Source: Macrostomum lignano (lineage: Eukaryota). Taken from it: 64,000 nucleotides of DNA. Below, piece after piece: positions 58,400 to 64,000 of the stretch. Position numbers and translations under genes: made by a program. The stretch's first letter is position 1. Each line of letters starts with the position of its first letter. The notes beneath the pieces are model-generated. The model did not search any database. It was not told where the DNA came from and was given only the letters and a program-made list of their open reading frames with translations. Location of the stretch: assembly GCA_002269645.1 (NCBI GenBank), contig NIVC01003635.1, forward strand, positions 1 to 64,000. Reading direction: 5' to 3'.

Positions 58400-61300
58400 T
58401 TTCGTGCAAAGGCCCCACAAACCGACTCTGCTGTGTCCCAGCTGAAACTGCCCACGTTTTGGGCGGTCCAGCCTCGAGCATGGTTCACCCAGGCCGAAGA
58501 TCAGTTCACCCTGAGAGACAGCACTCAGGACGAAACAAAGGTACGCCCATCCAGTCGCAGCTCTTGACCAGCAGACAGCAGAGCGTCTGCTCGATGTGCT
58601 CGAGGCTCCTCCGGAGGCGAACAAGGTGCGCTAAGCTAAAGGAGCGCCGCAACAGCACTTTCGATTCAACTCCTCAGCAGCGAGCCAGCCTCCTGCTCAG
58701 CATGTCCGGCCTATGCGACCGGCGGCCTTCCGAGCTGATGGACGAGATGCTCGCCCTGCTCGAGAACGACCGCCCCTGCCTGCTGTTCGAGGAGCTGTTC
58801 CGCCAGGCGCCAGCAGCTGCCACCGGAGGTACGCATGGCCATGACAACCGGCAGTTTTGCGGACCCCCGGGGCAGCAGCGCAGCAGGCGGACAAGATCTG
58901 GGCCAGCCAGCCGAAGCTGGTCGCGGCCTCCGTCCAGCAGCCGGCGGCAGACCCAGCCCAGCAAGCCCAGCCGGCGGTCTCTGCGGCCAGCAAGGGCGCC
59001 AGACAGAGACGGCTCCAGCAACACCGCCCGGACGGCAGCCTCACGGTGCCAGGACTTCGGCATCCGGCGCTGCTCCTGGCCGTTTAATCTGGCCGAGGTC
59101 TCCGCCCGCTGATCGGCGACGACTTTCTTACGGCACCAAGGCCTGCTGGTGGACCTGTCGCACCAGCGCCTCCTGGACGCCCGCTCGCTCGCCAGCGTGC
59201 ACCTGCTGGACGGCGCGGGGCCCAGACTGCAGCTCGCCGCAGCCGCCGCTGCGGACCCGTACAGCCAGCTGCTTGCCGAGTTCCCCGCCCTCACCGAGCC
59301 CAGTTTCCAGCGGGCTGATCCAGCCAACGACGACATGGGGTGGAGCATCACATCCCGACGCAGGGCCCGCCGGTCCACGCCCGCCCTCGCCGCCTGCCGC
59401 TGCAGCTGGCGGTGGCCAAGGAGGAGTGCCGGCTCCTGGAGCAGCTCGGCATCGAGCGCCGGTCCAACAGCCCTTGGTCCTCGCCGTTGCACATGGTTGC
59501 ATCCGGCGGCTGGCGGCCCTGCGGCGATTTCAGGCGGCTCATCGACGCCACGGTGCCCCGCTACTCGCGGTGCCGCACATCCAGGACTTCTCAGCGCGCC
59601 TGGCCGGCTGCTTGGACTTCTCCAAGATCGATTTCGTGCGTGGCTACCACCAGGTGCCTGTGGCCGTAGTTGACGTGCCCAAGACCGCTGTCACCACCTC
59701 GTTCGGCCTCCTCGAGGTCCTGCGAATGCCGTTCGGCCTTAAAAACGTCAACCAGGCCTTCCAGACTTCGTTTTCGCCTACATCAACGACTTCTTGGTCG
59801 CTAGCCGCAGCCCGCAGCAGCACATGGTCCTCGCCGTCACATGGTGCACCTGCGGACGCTGTTCCAGCGCCTGGCCGAGAACGGCCTTATCGTCAACCCG
59901 GCCAAGTGCGAGTTCGGCCGCAGCGAGATCGACTTCCTCGGCCACCGGATCAGCGCCCAGGGGGCCGTGCCGCTGCCCGCCAAAGTCGACGCCATCGCCA
60001 TGTTCGCACCACCAGCCACCGTCAAGAGCCGCCGGCATGGTGAATTTCTACCACCGCTTCGTGCCGCGCGCCGCCCAGCTGCTGCGCCCCATCCATGCGG
60101 CCATGGCCGGCAAAGAGAAGTTCGTCCGGTGGACGCCCAAGCTGACCGCCGCTTTCGACGGAGCGAAGCGGGCGCTGGCCTCCGCCGCCATGCTGGCGCA
60201 CCCGCGGCCATACGACGCCTCCGATACCGCAGTCGGCGCGGCGCTCGAGCAGCGGGTTGGTAGCCTTGTTCGCCCTGTACCTGGCGGTCCGGCACTTTCA
60301 CTATTTTCTCGAGGGCCGCGCGTTTACCGCTTTCACGGACCACAAGCCGCTGGTCGCCGCTATGTCCAAGACGTCTGACCCGTTGTCCGCCAGACAGCAG
60401 CGCCACCTGGCCTACGTGTCCGAGTTCACCACGGACATCCAGCACGTGGCGGGCAAGGATAACTCGGTCGCAGACGCGCTGTCCCGCTGCACGGTCTCTT
60501 CGGTGCAGCCCCGGCTGCTCCCCGGCGTGGATTTCGGGGCAATGGCGCAGGCGCAGGCCAGTCAGGCCGACGCCAGCCTCCAACTTGAGCCGCTGCAGCT
60601 CAGCCCCGGTGTCGCCCTGCGTTGCGACATCTCCACGGGCCGGCCGCGCCCGTTGGTGCCGCCGAATTTCCGACGCTCCGTTTTTGACGCTTCCACGGTC
60701 TCGCCCACCTGTCCGTCCGCAGCACGAGGCGCCTCGTGGCCGCCAAGTTCGTGTGGGCCGGCATGAGCAAGGACGTCAGCCGTTTGGCTCGGTCCAGTGT
60801 CGCCTCCGCTGGCCAAGGTGCACCGGCACGTCGCCGCCCCGGTTGGCAACATCCGCGTTCCGGACCAGCGCTTCGCCCATGTGCACGTCGACCTGGTGGG
60901 GCTGCTGTCACCTTCGCAAGGCTTCACGCACCTGCTGACCATCGTGGACCGTTTCACCTGGTGGCCGGAGGCTATCCCGATGACCGACACCTCCGCGGCC
61001 GCGTGCGCCTCCGCCTTCATCGCCGATTGGATCGCCAGGTTCGGCGTGCCGAGCGATATCACATCGGATCGCGGCTCGCAGTTCACGTCGCAGCTGTGGT
61101 CCAACGTCTTACGACTCCTCGAAATGCAGCTCCACCGGACAACGGCTTTCCATCCGCAGGCGAACAGGCTGATCGAACGATTCCACCGGCAGCTGAAGGC
61201 CTCCCTCATGGCGCGACTGGCCGCATCAGCCTGGGTCAGCGAGCTGCCCTGGGTGCTGCTCGGCATCCGGACGGCCCCCAAGGAGAACCTGCCGGCATCG

Positions 61301-61700
61301 TCGGCCGAGATGGTCTACGGTGCGCCCCTCTGCGTGCCCGGCGAGTGCCTGCAGCCCAGCCCGCCGCCCGTCGACCACGACCAGTTTCTCGCCCGGCTCC
61401 GCGGTGCCGTCCAGGCATTCCGGCCAACGCCGACGTCCCGTCACAGCAGCCGCCCCACCTCCTGGTCCGCCGCCCTCGACGCCTGCCAGTTCATCTTCAT
61501 CCGGCGCGATGGCCGCCGCCCCCCGCTGCAGCGACCTTACGACGGCCCGTTCAAGGTCCTCGAGCGGGACACCAAAGCTTTAATTCCTGCTGGATTTGGG
61601 CACTCGCCGCGACTGGGTGTCAGTGGAGAGGCTGAAGCCAGCCGTCATCGACGCGAACGACCCTGTCCCGACGCCGGCTCTGCGACCGAGAGTATTGGGA
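58400..61700 (+). mobile_element. Degenerate Ty3/Gypsy LTR retrotransposon internal region (gag-pro-RT-RNaseH-IN)
   Basis: gag LKLPTFWAVQPRAWFTQAEDQF; RT KIDFVRGYHQVPV..KTAVTTSFGLLEVLRMPFGLKN, with the active site mutated to YIND (59779-59790); RNaseH FTAFTDHKPLV..RHLAYVSEF; integrase HVDLVG..LTIVDRFT..ITSDRGSQF..HPQANRLIERFHRQLK. Many frameshifts; no LTR pair visible. Confidence 0.93.
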
Positions 61701-64000
61701 AAATATAGTGTATTTTTGTGTATTGATTATTATTTAATTACTAGTTGGAATAAACTTAGGTATGTATTTTTACAATTGATTATTACTTTTCTACCGTATG
61801 ATTCCAGGAATTCGTTTCGTATTTAAACCGCGGGTAGAATTCAATTTTGTACTTCTTTTTTCCCGTCGTTTCGCGCCGCCTCCTGATTGGTCCAAGTCGT
61901 ATTTCTATTAGTCAGTCATAATATTTATTCCTTTAGTTCAACCAATTTAGATATATAGAATATCAAAGTATCAAATCGTTAAATAAAAATAAATATACTC
62001 GTAAATAATTGGCCGTCTGAACGTGAACTAATAAACCGCTACACCAAAGCTTTTTGCATATATGGTAGACTTGTGCAGTGTATGGTTTTGTAGGTAGACA
62101 AAGATAAATTTTTCACGAGTGGCGAAGCCACGAGAGTGACTGAAATTAATCATTGACAAAACCATATATCCACAAGCACATTGTCTCATGAATGTATTTT
62201 TAGTGGCTTTGAATAACATATGGTTTTGAAACGTTGAATATGAGCGTACAGTATACTACACATGTATGTATTTTTTCAAAGACCTATAATTTCACATCAT
62301 ACATATACTTCTCAGCTAGCTAACCACAGATACTATAAACACTAGATAGGCCACTCAGGCTAATTTTCTGGGCAAGTTTTTTATTCTACTTTCTGCTTAG
62401 TAGCAATGAAAGGAAGCAACAGTATTATTTGCTAAATTAGACAAATCAAGTGACTGTTTTTGAGACATCGTTTTGCTAACGCCATAAACAACTAACTTGT
62501 TTTGTGCAGTAATGGTGTACATTAAGACGCGACAGACAGTGTACAATGCCGCTATCTTTCAAAGTGGAGGAAGGGGGGTAGTCTGGAATAGGGTTAATAT
62601 CAGTTTCGTATAAGGAAGGGTGAGTGGATCGATAATTTAGGCCCACTGGTGGTGGGATAGAAAATAAAGGACTGCAAATAGCTAGCCTGGGTTAGGGGTG
62701 GGGGTTTAGAGGTTGTGGGTTAGAAAATTTGGGGTGGCGAATCGTGCTTAAATACAAGCTTATATATAGATGAACAGGACAAGATTCAGAGTTAAAGAAA
62801 GTTCGAGTGCATACTAGCTTTTCTATCTAATCTCGTACTCGAGAAATGTTTTGATTCGAACCACTGCTGTGCTCCCACTTGCACGAGCTCTGTACTAGTG
62901 CTATTAACATCCGAGAAAGAAAATCCGTTGCGAATGCATAAATTACCAAAAGATGACACTGGCAAAGCGCTGGCAGCAGCTACTGCAGGAGCGTGGATAT
63001 TGACCTTTATAAACAATTAAATCACGGGGCCTACGTGTGTTCAGCTTGCACTTTATGGACGAGGCCTACTGCTGCCTTACAAAGTGCCACGGATGTGCAA
63101 GACGTCTGTTTTCGCTGGGACGCAATCCCACACCAAGAGTTGATGCTGCCTCGGCTCGTTCAAATAGACCAGCTACCAGCTCTGTGCAAAGGACTGATAA
63201 ACGACGAAGAGGCAGACGACATGTACCCTCCAGTGCTGGGGCCTATTAGCAATCTATTTGCAGCCGAGCCTGCGACTTGCCTGCTGCCAGTGCTGTGGCA
63301 GAGCAACCTTCGGCTACCAGATTCTGCGCCGAGAACAGCTGTTGCGGCTGAAAGCTCTCACCTCTGCAGCCGATTCGCGGGTTCCAAGCGCTAGAGGCAA
63401 CGATCAAGCGGCTGCAGCAACGATCCCGAAAGCGACAGGCAAATCAAGCGGCTGCAGCAGCAACTCTCGATGGTCAAGGCAAGTGCAGCGCAGTCGTGCA
63501 TCCATGGACTGTGGAGGCGTGGCTAGCGCAGCTTCCAGCGGTCGACTGGGCGGCAGGGCGCTCGCAGTCAGGGGTGCTCTGGTCAAAGGATGTCATCTCA
63601 TCAGCAGCTCATTGCAGCTGCACCACAAAAGTCCTGCTGCTTATCGGCTGCCTGTTACGAAACCACTGAGGATTGGCTCTCCATAGGATACATCCCTGGA
63701 CTTAGAAGAGGCGCATTCGCCAGTTTTTTTAATCTGTTGGGCCGTGCTGAATGCTGCCTCTGAACAAGGGCGACTGGCGACCCCCTGTTCTTCGACAGCA
63801 CGCTGCGAGTTTCATAAACAGATGAGCTGATTAAGATGAGAAATCTTTCTATTTTGCTACACGAATATGGATTATGGAGTATATGATATAGCTCGTATTT
63901 GCTAAATATACAATAGTTGACTGCAATAATATAGCCTTCAATGCAATCTAAAGCATTCACAACGTTGCTTTGAATTGTAGAAAGTATAATTATAAGTTTC

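Overview
AT-rich, repeat-laden eukaryotic (metazoan) genomic DNA; no rRNA, tRNA or CRISPR was seen. GC-rich exons, poly-Q/A/G tracts and minisatellite-filled introns are reminiscent of a flatworm such as Macrostomum (inference only). Four conserved genes lie on the minus strand, with GT-AG junctions that I traced by hand and that keep frame: RAD54L2/ARIP4 SNF2 ATPase (7 exons, 42292-53303), an MTMR6/7/8-type myotubularin with a degenerate C-terminal FYVE finger (7 exons, 11643-18807), FAM241B (single exon) and FITM/FIT2 (3 exons). Between MTMR and RAD54L2 is a three-unit tandem duplication (about 26.0-43.9 kb). Each unit carries a paralog of an unrecognised gene encoding a signal peptide, a 10-aa AAVEVPAKPT repeat stalk (21, 6 and 7 copies) and a Gly-rich transmembrane segment (Cys-rich tail in two of three), with a TATA box at the same position in each. 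One unit also carries a relic of the RAD54L2 exon 6/intron 6 junction, and comparing units shows minisatellites expanding from single-copy seeds. Thirteen of the 14 introns are filled by tandem arrays, and one 28-bp minisatellite recurs in introns of three unrelated genes. Mobile DNA includes degenerate RTE-like LINEs, a DD34D mariner, a Gypsy element, CACTA and THAP relics, and several MITEs, one with a perfect 8-bp TSD. Most long ORFs in the supplied track are repeat artefacts.
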